Below are positions 38,778 to 49,358 of a stretch of 64,000 nucleotides of DNA, piece by piece (within the stretch, counting starts at the first letter, position 1; every line of letters starts with the position of its first letter). The DNA lies in assembly GCA_018675685.1 (NCBI GenBank), contig JABGXP010000002.1, positions 14,367 through 78,366 on the forward strand, given 5' to 3'. Source of the stretch: a bacterium. Its GTDB lineage: Bacteria > Patescibacteriota > Minisyncoccia > Moranbacterales > DUUL01. Both the position numbers and the translations under genes were made by a program. The notes beneath the pieces are model-generated. The model had not been told where the DNA came from, made no database searches, and saw only the letters and a program-made list of their open reading frames with translations.

Positions 38778-39923
38778 ATGAGTAGTGAACAAACCTCTGT
38801 TTTTCACAAAATGAAAGATGGTTTATTCAGCGGCTTGTTTGGTGGGAATGGCAATGTCTCAGTGGGTGTTGATGTTGGTAGCGCTAGTATAAAAGTTGTT
38901 GTTCTAGAGAGAGCAGGAGAAGCAATCCATCTCAAAAACTATGCTATCGCCACAAGCAAACAAGAAATAATAAAACCAGGAACATCTGGCGTTATTTCTG
39001 AATCAGCAAGTGAGTTGATTAGAAAGACTATAAAAGAGGCGGAAGTATCAAAGAAATCGGTCCAAGCAGCGGTGCCTAGTTTCTCTTCTTTGATAACAGC
39101 AATAGAAATCCCAAGAGCAGCAGAAAAAGATATCGATGAAATAATTCAAAATGAAGCCCCAAAATATATTCCAGTTCAATTAGCGGATGTGGTTTATGGG
39201 TGGCAATTGATTGATGAAGGGTCTAAGGATGACGAAGAGGAGAAAGAAGATGCAATTCCAGGAGTTCAAAGGGATGGAAAGATACATATATTGCTAGTCG
39301 CTATTATGCGTGAGATTAGTGCTAAGTATGAAGCAGTGTTTTCGAAAGCTGGTTTGAAAATTGAAGCTTTAGAGATCGATGCTTTTTCTTTAACAAGAGC
39401 GTTAGTTGGTAGCAATACAAGTCCTCATTTAATTTTAGATATTGGACACAAGGTGTGTAATATTGTCGCTGTTTCAAATGGAAATGTACTATTGAATAGA
39501 ACGATAGACATTGCCGGTGATAGAATAACAAAGACAATTGCTAGGAGTTTGAATATTGACACTCAAAGAGCTGAACAAATCAAGCATAAAAATGGAATGA
39601 ATGCTGGTGAAGCTCAGGGCGGAACCGAGATGATTGGCCAAATCATGGATGCTGTTGTTGCGGAAATTAAAAAAACCAACAAGGCTATCAAGAAGACATA
39701 TGTTGGGATAGAAATAAGTGAAATCGTATTAACCGGTGGTGGATCGAAATTGGTTGGAATGGTTGACTATCTAAGTAAGGAGCTTGGCTTAAAAACTAGA
39801 ATAGGGGAGCCTTTCGCAGCTATTAACTATCCAGAGAGTATCCAATCTGTTATTGACGAACATGGTTCGGAGTTAGTAATTGCAGTTGGACTTGCATTAA
39901 ATGCTTTCGAGGATAAAAAATAA
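38778..39923 (+). CDS. pilM: type IV pilus assembly protein PilM (copy 2)
   Basis: VGVDVGSASIKVV, KYIPV, ILDIG, IVLTGGGS, AVGLAL. Confidence 0.92.
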   Translation: MSSEQTSVFHKMKDGLFSGLFGGNGNVSVGVDVGSASIKVVVLERAGEAIHLKNYAIATSKQEIIKPGTSGVISESASELIRKTIKEAEVSKKSVQAAVPSFSSLITAIEIPRAAEKDIDEIIQNEAPKYIPVQLADVVYGWQLIDEGSKDDEEEKEDAIPGVQRDGKIHILLVAIMREISAKYEAVFSKAGLKIEALEIDAFSLTRALVGSNTSPHLILDIGHKVCNIVAVSNGNVLLNRTIDIAGDRITKTIARSLNIDTQRAEQIKHKNGMNAGEAQGGTEMIGQIMDAVVAEIKKTNKAIKKTYVGIEISEIVLTGGGSKLVGMVDYLSKELGLKTRIGEPFAAINYPESIQSVIDEHGSELVIAVGLALNAFEDKK

Positions 39924-39948
39924 TCGTAAGAAGTAAAAATAAAAAAAA

Positions 39949-40494
39949 ATGGCAAAAATAAACCTCAAGTCAAATGAGATGTCTGGTAGAAGACCAAACA
40001 GTCAAGGAAGTAACAAATCTTTGGTTTTTGGAATTGTATCGTTGGCTGTGGGCTTAGCGGTTTTTGGAATGGTTCGTTATTTGACGATCCAGACTGAAAA
40101 TCAAAACGAAGAAGCTAGAGCTGAAGTTGTTCAATTAGAAAACAACATGAACACAGATGATGTGAAAAAACTCTATGACTTCCAAGATCGTTTAATTGAG
40201 ATTGAGGGTCTTATGGACAACAAAGTTTCACAAATGGAGCTTTTGGAGAAAATTGAAAGACATACCTTGCCAGCAACAAGATTCACAAAATTAGAGTTTG
40301 AAAGGCAATCCAGTAAGACAGAAATTGATGCTACAGTTGTGGTTGAAAACCACGTTGAGTTAGCAAAACAGATCGAAGCCTTTAGTTTGATTGGGAGCGA
40401 AGTAGAAAATGTGTTTTTGAGTTCCAGTAAGATTAATAGGGAGGGCTCTGGCATTGAAGGTAATGTCATCTTCTATTATAAAGATATAAAATAA
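39949..40494 (+). CDS. pilN: PilN-like protein (copy 2)
   Basis: INL motif, TM, coiled coil; follows pilM. Confidence 0.65.
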   Translation: MAKINLKSNEMSGRRPNSQGSNKSLVFGIVSLAVGLAVFGMVRYLTIQTENQNEEARAEVVQLENNMNTDDVKKLYDFQDRLIEIEGLMDNKVSQMELLEKIERHTLPATRFTKLEFERQSSKTEIDATVVVENHVELAKQIEAFSLIGSEVENVFLSSSKINREGSGIEGNVIFYYKDIK

Positions 40495-40532
40495 AGAGAT
40501 ATTTATTTTAAATAAAAAATAAAAAATAAAAA

Positions 40533-41312
40533 ATGAAATTAAAAATTCTTTTCTTTCCAATTGCTCTTTTTGTAGCTTTCATGATAACAATCTTTTTTAC
40601 AAAGCCAGAGTGGGATATTTATCAAGAAAAGCAAGAAGAATTAACTAAATTAACAATGGAACTGGACGACTTAAAGAGCGGAAATGCCTCCATTGAAAAT
40701 GCCACAAAAAAATTCAACAGCCTAACTCCAGATCAAGAAAGTTTGGTTTTAAATGCTATTCCAAGCGAAGAGAAGAACGATGACTTCTTGGCTGAGGTGC
40801 ATAAAAGTGCTGAAACAAGTGGTGTTTTTATTATATCCACAAAAATAAAGAACCCTCAAATCAATAGAGCAAATAGGAATATTCTTCCTGGTTCTCTCGC
40901 AAGTATGACTCCAACCAGGACTGGTGTTACTGCAGAAGTTTCGGTGATGGGTTCATATATTGATATTGCTGAATTTGTTAAAGAAGTCGATTCCCACAAT
41001 AGATTCACCACACCAAGAGAACTTTTGATTATTGAACAGCAAGTAATAGCTGATGTTGCAGAGGAGGAGATTTCCGTAGAAAATGGTTCAATGATAAAAT
41101 GTGAACTAACCTTTGATTTCTTTAGTAAGGAGAAAAACGAAAAGTTACAAATTGCAAATTTGATTAGAGCGAATGACCCAGTTATTAAGAGCTTGTTGAG
41201 TGGCCAATTTAAAACAGGGATTATTGAGGATTATCAAAACTCTATTACCAGGGAAGTATTTAGACCTGTTAGTGCTGGAAGTGCAGGCAAGGAAGACATT
41301 TTCTCTAGATAA
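40533..41312 (+). CDS. pilO: PilO-like protein (copy 2)
   Basis: TM, coiled coil, AIPS, VMGSYIDIAEFVKEV...RF. Confidence 0.7.
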   Translation: MKLKILFFPIALFVAFMITIFFTKPEWDIYQEKQEELTKLTMELDDLKSGNASIENATKKFNSLTPDQESLVLNAIPSEEKNDDFLAEVHKSAETSGVFIISTKIKNPQINRANRNILPGSLASMTPTRTGVTAEVSVMGSYIDIAEFVKEVDSHNRFTTPRELLIIEQQVIADVAEEEISVENGSMIKCELTFDFFSKEKNEKLQIANLIRANDPVIKSLLSGQFKTGIIEDYQNSITREVFRPVSAGSAGKEDIFSR

Positions 41313-41357
41313 TTTTGAAGCTAAGTAAGAGGTGATTAAATAAAAAACAAAAGATAA

Positions 41358-43064
41358 ATGATTCGAGATAGCGAAAAAGACGTAGTAAATTGGAAAGAAG
41401 TCAAGCTTGACAAAAGCCTTGCTAAATTACTTCCAGTTGATTCGATCAAGAAATATAAATTTATACCATTCGAGGAAACAGCAGATAGCATTAAAGTTGC
41501 TGTAGTTGACAGAACGGATGTAAACACGCAGAACGCCCTACGTTTTTTTGTTCAGAAAAACAAAAAAAGGATAGACATTTTTCCAATATCAGAATCAGAG
41601 TTTAATCTTTTATTGGGAAAGTTAAAACACTCTTCCGCAGAAATTAATAAATTTTTATCAGCATTTGAAGAGTCTTCACAGATAGATGAAAATGAAAAGG
41701 CTGAATTGGCAAAAAAGAAAGGAGGAGGTGTTGGGGGGATTCTAAAGGATGCTCCCGTTGCAAAAATGGTAGAAGTGATCATCAAGAATGCAATTGATGG
41801 CCGAGCTTCTGATATCCATATTGAACCAATGGATGATTATGTGAGGGTTCGGTATCGTGTGGATGGTATTTTGTATAATAGTATTTCGTTACCACAAAAA
41901 ATAGGCCCAGCAATTGTTTCAAGAATCAAAATTCTATCGAATTTGAAAATTGATGAAAAGAGGAAACCACAGGATGGTAGATTTAGAATTAAAGATTTAG
42001 GACAAACAATTGATTTTCGTGTCTCAACCTTTCCAGTTTCATATGGTGAAAAGGTGGTGATGCGTATCTTGGATACCAGATCTGGTATTATTGGACTTGA
42101 TAAACTTGGGGTTGAAGGACGAGATGATAAGTTGATTAGGAAAATTATTGAGGAGCCACATGGGATTATTCTGGTTACTGGACCAACAGGAAGTGGAAAG
42201 TCTACAACGTTATATTCAATATTAAACATCCTAAACAGAGAAGGGATTAACATTGTAACACTAGAAGATCCTGTCGAATATGTATTGGAAGGAGTGAATC
42301 AAAGTCAGGTTAAACCGCAGATCGAATACACCTTTTCATCTGGGCTAAGAAGTATTTTGCGTCAAGATCCAGATGTTATTATGGTTGGAGAGATTCGAGA
42401 TGAGGAAACTGCTGAGCTTGCAATTCATGCTGCATTAACAGGGCATCTTGTTCTCTCAACTTTACATACAAATTCTGCAATCGGAGCTATTGCACGTTTA
42501 GTAGATATGGGTATCCAACCATTTTTATTAGCATCTTCCCTTAATCTTTTAATTGGGCAAAGACTCGTTCGGAGAATCTGTCCAAAATGTAAAAAAGAAG
42601 TTGAAAATTTATCAGTTGGAGCGAAGAAAATGATAGAGCGAGAGTTGCAAGATATGCCAAAACAAGGGCTTGAGAGAGTAGGAGCTAAAACAGCTAAGGA
42701 TGTTAAGGAGATCAAAGCATTTGAAGGAGAAGGATGTTCTGAGTGTCAGAACAAAGGAGTGAAAGGGCGTGTTGGAATCTATGAAATGGTTGAGGTTACA
42801 GAAGAGGTGTCGTCTCTTATAGGGAGTGGTTCACCAGAAACAATCATTGAGAAAGCTGCTAAAAAAGATGGGTATACAACAATGAAGCAAGACGGTATAA
42901 TTAAAGTGTTAGAGGGGTACACAACAATAGAAGAGGTTCAGAGGGTTACTGATGAAGACGCTAACAGTGAAGAGTTGGAGAATCAAACAACCGGAGAAGA
43001 GACGGTTATTGAGGATGCAGACAAGGAAATTTCAGGAGATGATAAAAAAGAGGTTAATCTGTAA
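41358..43064 (+). CDS. pilB: type IV pilus extension ATPase PilB (GspE/PulE family)
   Basis: ASDIHIEP, PQDGRF, GPTGSGKSTT, LRQDPD, HLVLSTLH, tetra-Cys motif. Confidence 0.93.
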   Translation: MIRDSEKDVVNWKEVKLDKSLAKLLPVDSIKKYKFIPFEETADSIKVAVVDRTDVNTQNALRFFVQKNKKRIDIFPISESEFNLLLGKLKHSSAEINKFLSAFEESSQIDENEKAELAKKKGGGVGGILKDAPVAKMVEVIIKNAIDGRASDIHIEPMDDYVRVRYRVDGILYNSISLPQKIGPAIVSRIKILSNLKIDEKRKPQDGRFRIKDLGQTIDFRVSTFPVSYGEKVVMRILDTRSGIIGLDKLGVEGRDDKLIRKIIEEPHGIILVTGPTGSGKSTTLYSILNILNREGINIVTLEDPVEYVLEGVNQSQVKPQIEYTFSSGLRSILRQDPDVIMVGEIRDEETAELAIHAALTGHLVLSTLHTNSAIGAIARLVDMGIQPFLLASSLNLLIGQRLVRRICPKCKKEVENLSVGAKKMIERELQDMPKQGLERVGAKTAKDVKEIKAFEGEGCSECQNKGVKGRVGIYEMVEVTEEVSSLIGSGSPETIIEKAAKKDGYTTMKQDGIIKVLEGYTTIEEVQRVTDEDANSEELENQTTGEETVIEDADKEISGDDKKEVNL

Positions 43065-43075
43065 TAATAAACACA

Positions 43076-43453
43076 ATGAGTGAGAAGGCAAAAAAAATAC
43101 TTGTGATTGAGGATGATAAGTTTATTTCAGAAGTGTATATCGCAAGGCTCTCGAAAGAAGGTTTTGAAACAGTGCTTGTTGGTGACGGAGAAGCTGCTAT
43201 AAAAAAAGCTAAAGAAGAGACACCAGACTTGATTCTGTTGGATATTTTTATACCTAAAATCGGAGGAATGGATGTCCTGAGGGTTTTGAAAGAGAAAGAT
43301 GAAACAAGGAATATTCCAGTTGTCATGTTAACTAATGCCACGGAAGAAGAATATATCGATAATGCGATGGGGATGGGAGCTGTGGATTATCTAGTTAAAT
43401 CAAACTACACTCCAGAGGAGATTGTCCATAAAGTGCTTGAACATTGCAAATAA
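43076..43453 (+). CDS. single-domain response regulator receiver
   Basis: ILVIEDD, PDLILLD, MLTN, DYLVK. Confidence 0.9.
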   Translation: MSEKAKKILVIEDDKFISEVYIARLSKEGFETVLVGDGEAAIKKAKEETPDLILLDIFIPKIGGMDVLRVLKEKDETRNIPVVMLTNATEEEYIDNAMGMGAVDYLVKSNYTPEEIVHKVLEHCK

Positions 43454-43495
43454 AGATGCAGGGAATGATTAAAACAAAAATTTAAGACTATAAAA

Positions 43496-44575
43496 ATGAA
43501 AGAGAGTCAATTAGCACAAAAACTTAAGAAACACTTGGCAAACGTTGTTCAAAATAATGGTTCAGACTTGCATTTATCTGTAGGAGATTATCCAATTATG
43601 AGAATTGATGGGGTTTTGTATAGGCTAAGCAAGGAAGAGATAATTAGCCATGATGACATGGATTCTCTCTCAGAATCATTGTTGAATAAAAAGCAGATGG
43701 AAAAATTCTTAGCTGAAATGCATGTTGATTTTTCGCTTGAAATTGATTCTCAGGACCGTTTTAGGGCCAATATGTTCCATCAAAAAGGACACATCAGCTT
43801 AGCACTTAGATTTATTCCGAAAGAGATTAGATCGCTTGATGAGCTTGGAGTTCCAGATGTTGTCTATGATTTTATCAAGAAAACACAAGGACTCTTATTG
43901 CTAACAGGGCCAACAGGTCATGGAAAGTCAACAACTCTGGCAGCTTTAATTGATCATATTAATCACAACAGACAAGAACATATCGTTACAATTGAGGACC
44001 CAGTTGAATATCTCCATCATTCCGATCAATGTTTGATTGAACAGCGAGAAATTGGGAAAGATGCATTAGATTTTGGCAGTGCCCTGACAGCTTGTTTTCG
44101 TGAAGATGTTGATGTTGTCTTGGTCGGTGAGATGAGGGATCTTGAAACTATTTCTACTGCCATTACGGCAGCGGAAACAGGGCATCTGATCCTTGGAACC
44201 TTACATACAAATGATTCAGTTCAAACCGTCGATCGTATTATCGATGTTTTCCCTGCTTATCAACAAAATCAAATACGCTTTCAGCTTGCAAATGTGCTTC
44301 TAGGTGTTGTTTCTCAAAGATTGTTAAAAAAGATTGGTGGCGGAAGAGTCCCGGCGGTTGAGGTACTGATCAAAAATCGTGCCGTTGAAAATTTAATTCG
44401 CCAAAATCAAACACATCAAATTGGTGTGACCATTGAAACCTCGTTAGAAGATGGAATGATTGGAATCAATCGAGCTTTGGCAAATCTAGTTAAGGAGGGA
44501 CAGGTAACCTTAGAGGATGCAGAAATGTACTCCACGGATGTTAATTCATTTAGAATGTTACTTGAAACAGCATAA
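43496..44575 (+). CDS. pilT: type IV pilus retraction ATPase PilT
   Basis: SDLHL, GPTGHGKSTT, IEDPVE, GEMRD, AETGHL, NLIR. Confidence 0.93.
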   Translation: MKESQLAQKLKKHLANVVQNNGSDLHLSVGDYPIMRIDGVLYRLSKEEIISHDDMDSLSESLLNKKQMEKFLAEMHVDFSLEIDSQDRFRANMFHQKGHISLALRFIPKEIRSLDELGVPDVVYDFIKKTQGLLLLTGPTGHGKSTTLAALIDHINHNRQEHIVTIEDPVEYLHHSDQCLIEQREIGKDALDFGSALTACFREDVDVVLVGEMRDLETISTAITAAETGHLILGTLHTNDSVQTVDRIIDVFPAYQQNQIRFQLANVLLGVVSQRLLKKIGGGRVPAVEVLIKNRAVENLIRQNQTHQIGVTIETSLEDGMIGINRALANLVKEGQVTLEDAEMYSTDVNSFRMLLETA

Positions 44576-44611
44576 TTTTATTAATAAAGCAAAATTCATT
44601 AAATTTTAAAA

Positions 44612-45820
44612 ATGAAATTTAAATACAAAGCACAAAACAAAGGAGGTCAATTACAACAAGGTATCGTAGAAGCATCCTCCACACGTTCCGCAAAAGAACT
44701 TTTGATTCAAAATGGTTTGTCGATTGTCTCTTTGGATGAAATTAAGGAGGTACCTCTTATTTCTAGTCTTTTGAGGATTTGGGAAGGCGTTAGACCAAAG
44801 GAGTTTGTGATTTTCGCAAGACAACTATCAACTCTTATTGATTCCAAGGTTCCACTTTTATCAGCACTGCATTCGATTGCCAATCAAACCGAAAATAAAT
44901 ATTTCGCTTTGAAGATAAATTCTGTAATTGTTGATATTGATGGAGGTTCCTCCTTATCAGAGGCAATGGCCAAAAACCCTGAAACATTCACTCAGTTTTA
45001 TGTGAATATGGTGAAAGCCGGAGAGGCGTCCGGAACGCTTCAAAAAGCTCTCAATGATTTGGCTGACAACACAGAAAAAAATTATGAGTTGACAGCAAAA
45101 TTAAGAGGGGCGATGTATTATCCTGGCTTTATTTTGGGTGCGATGATTGTAGTTGGTTTTGTAGTAATGGCCTTTGTTATGCCAAAACTCTTAGTGATTC
45201 TAAAAGAGTCGAATGTAGAGCTTCCTTTGCAAACAAAGCTTTTGATAGCCATAAGTGATTTTATGGCTAATTATTGGTGGGCTGTTGGAATCGCCATGAT
45301 TTTTGGAATTTCTGGAGTGATGTATTATATTAAAACTGACGAAGGAAAAAAAGAATTTGATCAACTTATCTTGAAAATACCGATTATCAAAAAAATCTTA
45401 CATAACGTTTATATTGCACGTTTTTCTGAGAATCTTTCAACTTTGATTCAAAGTGGTTTGCCGATTACTACAGCACTTTTAATCACCTCTGATGTTGTTG
45501 GGAACCATGTTTACAAAGAAATTATCAGAGAGTCTGCAGAGGAAATTAAGAAAGGTGGAGGAATTGCTGATGTTTTGAATAAATATGAAATCATACCACC
45601 AGTGGTAGTGCAAATGGTTAGAGTCGGTGAACATACAGGGAGAATCGAATTCACTCTTAGTAGGGTAACCAAATTTTATTTAGCAGAAACTGATCGTATG
45701 GTGAAAAATTTCTCAACTTTAATCGAACCGATTTTAATGGTTATTTTGGCAGTTGGCGTAGGACTCTTAGTTTCTGCTGTGCTTTTGCCAATTTACCAAG
45801 TTGCTACTTCAATTACTTAA
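44612..45820 (+). CDS. pilC: type IV pilus platform protein PilC (GspF family)
   Basis: FARQLSTL, GEASGTL, AMYYP, GEHTG, IEP; 3 TM. Confidence 0.92.
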   Translation: MKFKYKAQNKGGQLQQGIVEASSTRSAKELLIQNGLSIVSLDEIKEVPLISSLLRIWEGVRPKEFVIFARQLSTLIDSKVPLLSALHSIANQTENKYFALKINSVIVDIDGGSSLSEAMAKNPETFTQFYVNMVKAGEASGTLQKALNDLADNTEKNYELTAKLRGAMYYPGFILGAMIVVGFVVMAFVMPKLLVILKESNVELPLQTKLLIAISDFMANYWWAVGIAMIFGISGVMYYIKTDEGKKEFDQLILKIPIIKKILHNVYIARFSENLSTLIQSGLPITTALLITSDVVGNHVYKEIIRESAEEIKKGGGIADVLNKYEIIPPVVVQMVRVGEHTGRIEFTLSRVTKFYLAETDRMVKNFSTLIEPILMVILAVGVGLLVSAVLLPIYQVATSIT

Positions 45821-45927
45821 TTTTCCCAAAAAAAGGTTTTGTGCTAGAATAGCTAGGTAAACATCAAAAAGAAAAAGTGATTTAATTTGTATAACTCAAA
45901 AATGAAAATAGAAAGGCGGGTGAAAAA

Positions 45928-46341
45928 ATGAAATTGATAAATAAAAATGAAAAAGGATTTACGCTAGTTGAGCTTTTGCTTGTAATTGCGATTATTGGAG
46001 TCTTAGCTGCCGTACTTTTTGTTTCACTTGGACGACAACGTGAAAGAGCAAGAGTTTCTGCTTTCAAACAACAGATGAGAGCACTAGTCCCTGTTATTAC
46101 AACTTGCCGAGATTCAGCTGGTACAATTCTGGCAGCAGGAAATGGAACAGCAGTTTGTAACCCAGCTGGGAATCATGGACTTCATCTAACTAATGACGCA
46201 AGAGTTGACTGTGATGGAGCTGGATCGTATTCAGTCGCAACATCAGGCACGGAAGGTGTTCTGGGAAGCTGTAATACAACAGCAGGAGTCTGTACTGCCA
46301 CATGTGATCCACAAGGATGCGTTTATGCTAATTGTGATTAA
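45928..46341 (+). CDS. type IV pilin (major pilin candidate)
   Basis: KG|[14 protein letters not shown]; SD-like GAAAGGCGGGTGA; Cys-rich head. Confidence 0.9.
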   Translation: MKLINKNEKGFTLVELLLVIAIIGVLAAVLFVSLGRQRERARVSAFKQQMRALVPVITTCRDSAGTILAAGNGTAVCNPAGNHGLHLTNDARVDCDGAGSYSVATSGTEGVLGSCNTTAGVCTATCDPQGCVYANCD

Positions 46342-46478
46342 CATTGAGCATTGAATTCATTTGTTTGAAGATCTAGATCATTAAACAACTGGATTTCCAA
46401 AGAAACATTTTTTGGAAATTCAGCGTTTGATTGTCTCTCTCTGGGAGTAGAGAATATAAAAAATAATAAAGGCGAGAA

Positions 46479-46910
46479 ATGAAAACAAAACAAATTAGCG
46501 AAAGGGGTTTTACATTGATAGAGCTTTTAACCACCGTTGCAATTATCGGTATTTTAGCTTCAACAATTTTTGTTTCTTTGAGTGGGCAGAGAGATCGAGC
46601 GAAACTTGCTTCAGCAATGGAAAGTGGAAGAAGCGTGATTCCATCAGCTGTTGACTGTTTTATGACAAACAAGCAACTAACTGCTTGGACGAGTGCATCG
46701 ACCGGAGGGAATGCCATTTGCGCTGGAAGCACTGGTGTTTGGCCAAGCCTTGGTGATACCGATTGTGTTTATGAAAACTTAGATGACACAAGCGCAGCAA
46801 CTGGTAACAAGAGGTGGAGAATAAATTGTGATAGCGGAAGTTCATTTGTTTCCTGCTTTGCAAAGGACGGTAATTGCTGTAAATCAGATGCATCATATGT
46901 TTGTAATTAA
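46479..46910 (+). CDS. type IV pilin
   Basis: RG|FTLIELLTTVAIIG; Cys-rich head. Confidence 0.9.
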   Translation: MKTKQISERGFTLIELLTTVAIIGILASTIFVSLSGQRDRAKLASAMESGRSVIPSAVDCFMTNKQLTAWTSASTGGNAICAGSTGVWPSLGDTDCVYENLDDTSAATGNKRWRINCDSGSSFVSCFAKDGNCCKSDASYVCN

Positions 46911-46927
46911 TTTATTATCTCAAGGCA

Positions 46928-47371
46928 ATGCAATTTAGATTAAATAAAAAAGAAGAAGGCTTTACGTTAATTGAGCTGTTGCTAACTATGGCTATTATTT
47001 CAATTCTTGCAGGAACAATCTTGGTTTCCGTGTCTGCTCATAAACAAAGAGCTGAGGAATCAAGAATGCAGGCACAACTTGCAGGTGCAATTCAAAATAT
47101 GGTACTTTGTCGAAGTGATGGAGGTGCTATTGCTGAACCAAATGGAACAGCTGGCGGTGCGAGTATTTGTAGTTTAGGCGCTAGTTATGGTAGTTGGCCA
47201 ACAACTGGGGGATCTACTGGTTTTGGAGGTTATGTGAGTGATACTGATTTTGAGGATGGTGCTTGGTTCGTTTACACACAGGATTCAAAGGCTAGAATTT
47301 GTTGCAACAGTGGAAGCAATCAATGTAGCCACTTATTGAACAGCGAAGCTTGTACAAATATAACACCCTAA
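46928..47371 (+). CDS. type IV pilin
   Basis: EG|FTLIELLLTMAII; Cys-rich head. Confidence 0.9.
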   Translation: MQFRLNKKEEGFTLIELLLTMAIISILAGTILVSVSAHKQRAEESRMQAQLAGAIQNMVLCRSDGGAIAEPNGTAGGASICSLGASYGSWPTTGGSTGFGGYVSDTDFEDGAWFVYTQDSKARICCNSGSNQCSHLLNSEACTNITP

Positions 47372-47389
47372 CATTAATTATCAGTAGTA

Positions 47390-48211
47390 ATGGAGATATT
47401 GTTTTTCATAAAAGCTGCTTTTTTGTTTCTGTTGGGAACTATTTTTGGTAGTTTTGCTAATGTATTAGTGGATCGTGGAGAAAGAAAAGAAAGTTTACTA
47501 GGTTCTTCTCATTGTGACTTTTGCAAAAAAGATCTTCGGTGGTTTGAGAATATTCCTGTTTTGGGATATTTTTTTGTAAAGGGGAAGTGTTCGAAGTGTA
47601 AGAAAAAACTGTCCTTCCAGTACCCAATGGTTGAGTTTTGTATTGGCCTTTTATTTCTTGCGGTTGGATTCAAGACAGGTTTAATTCTTACGCTCAGTAG
47701 TAGCTGGTCAATTATTTTTGAAACAAGTTATTTTTTAGCAATTATCTTTATCCTAAGCGCTATATTTATTTGGGATTTAAAATATATGATAATTCCAGAT
47801 AGATTAGTGTTAACAGGTGCCGTACTAACTGTGGTCTATACTGTGGTTCAGTACCTTAACTCTAGTTGCTCAATTTTTTCCATTAGTTGTTTTGTGACAG
47901 AAAACTTACTTGGCGCATTGCTTGTAGGCGGATTTTTTCAAGCTTTATTTGTTATTTCGAAAGGAAAATGGATTGGTGGCGGGGATGTGAAAATTGGCTT
48001 TTGGCTAGGATTTTTGATAGGATGGAAGCATGTATATCCCTTTTTGCTAATAACTTATGTTGTTGGTGCGATAATATCTTTAATTTTAGTAAAAAAATCG
48101 AAAAAAGGCTGGAAATCACAAATACCATTTGGACCTTTTCTGGTGATTAGTAGTTTCATTTTTTTGTTTTTTGGAGAAAAGTTGTTATACTTATACGAGA
48201 GATTATTTTGA
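47390..48211 (+). CDS. pilD: prepilin peptidase
   Basis: GSFANV, CxxC x2, WDLKYMIIPD, GGGDVK, IPFGPFL. Confidence 0.93.
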   Translation: MEILFFIKAAFLFLLGTIFGSFANVLVDRGERKESLLGSSHCDFCKKDLRWFENIPVLGYFFVKGKCSKCKKKLSFQYPMVEFCIGLLFLAVGFKTGLILTLSSSWSIIFETSYFLAIIFILSAIFIWDLKYMIIPDRLVLTGAVLTVVYTVVQYLNSSCSIFSISCFVTENLLGALLVGGFFQALFVISKGKWIGGGDVKIGFWLGFLIGWKHVYPFLLITYVVGAIISLILVKKSKKGWKSQIPFGPFLVISSFIFLFFGEKLLYLYERLF

Positions 48212-48801
48212 TCATTCATTCAAACGTGAAAAATAAAAAAACAAATAAAAATTTAAACAAAGGGTTTACATTGATTGAATTGGTTGTTTCAATTGCAATG
48301 GTGACGATTTTGTCGACCGTAGTTTTGAAGATTTCCCGTTTTTCTGACACACACAAAAGCCTAACACTAGCAAGAGACGAAGTCCGTGTGGCAGTTCGAA
48401 TGGCGCAAAACTCTTCTTTGTCGATTCCAAATCCCGAGCAAAAACATATTTGTGGATATGGTTTGTATATTGAAGACAATAAAACATATAATGTATTTTA
48501 TACTTACATAAGCGACAGCGATTTTAGTGATAACCCGAACACTTGTCAGGAAGAGGCAAGTTACCGTTCGTTTAATTTGGTGGACAGCGCTCAAGTAGCG
48601 GAGATTAGTAGCAGAAAGTTGGGCGATGCCCTTATTTTTACCTCACATATTGGAGAGAGTATTTTTTTTAGAGTTCCATATAGTGAACTTTTCGGTGATA
48701 ATGGAGAGTTATTAGCATTCGATTTCGTAATTGATATTCAAAATACAAATGTTGGTGCAACAAAATCTGTTACAATTAACAATGTTGGGAAAATAGAATA
48801 G
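48208..48801 (+). CDS. minor pilin (FimT/GspH-like); start may be slightly downstream
   Basis: KG|FTLIELVV; C-terminal VTINNVGKI typical of FimT/GspH. Confidence 0.8.
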   Translation: MIIHSNVKNKKTNKNLNKGFTLIELVVSIAMVTILSTVVLKISRFSDTHKSLTLARDEVRVAVRMAQNSSLSIPNPEQKHICGYGLYIEDNKTYNVFYTYISDSDFSDNPNTCQEEASYRSFNLVDSAQVAEISSRKLGDALIFTSHIGESIFFRVPYSELFGDNGELLAFDFVIDIQNTNVGATKSVTINNVGKIE

Positions 48802-48816
48802 TAGTTAAGTTAAAAA

Positions 48817-49347
48817 ATGAAAAGCAATTTATTTAAAAAACAAAACATAGACAAAGGTTACACTTTAATTGAAGTGATTTTAGTCATTGCTATAACAGGA
48901 GTTACATTCACGACTCTTTACAGTCTTTACGCAAGTACTGTCAAAAGAAGTGTGGACAGTAGATATGAAGTAATTGCTTCAAATTTAGCGCAAGAGGGCG
49001 TTGAGATTGTTCGAAACATTCGTGATGAAAATGTAATGTTAAATAGGGATATCAACGATAGTTTAACTGGAGCCTGCAGGCCATATTTTAGAGAGGGAAC
49101 TCCGAATCCAGAATGTGATAACAATAGAAAGAACGAAGTTGAATTGGAAGCGGGAGTTTATCGAAACTGCTCCTTGGCCGGTTGTGTTAATCCAGATAAG
49201 GTGGTTTTTGAAAGAATCTGTAATATTGGAGGAAACATTGAGCGCATGGTTGTTACATGTACAGTTAGTTGGGATAGCTTTGTGAACGTAGCTATTAGTA
49301 GAAGCGCGGATGCAACAGTCACATTAAGTGATTGGCAAAGTAATTAA
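48817..49347 (+). CDS. minor pilin (PilV/GspI-like)
   Basis: KG|YTLIEVI, ASNLAQEGVEIVRN, VTCTVSW. Confidence 0.8.
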   Translation: MKSNLFKKQNIDKGYTLIEVILVIAITGVTFTTLYSLYASTVKRSVDSRYEVIASNLAQEGVEIVRNIRDENVMLNRDINDSLTGACRPYFREGTPNPECDNNRKNEVELEAGVYRNCSLAGCVNPDKVVFERICNIGGNIERMVVTCTVSWDSFVNVAISRSADATVTLSDWQSN

Positions 49348-49358
49348 TTTAAGTAGGA

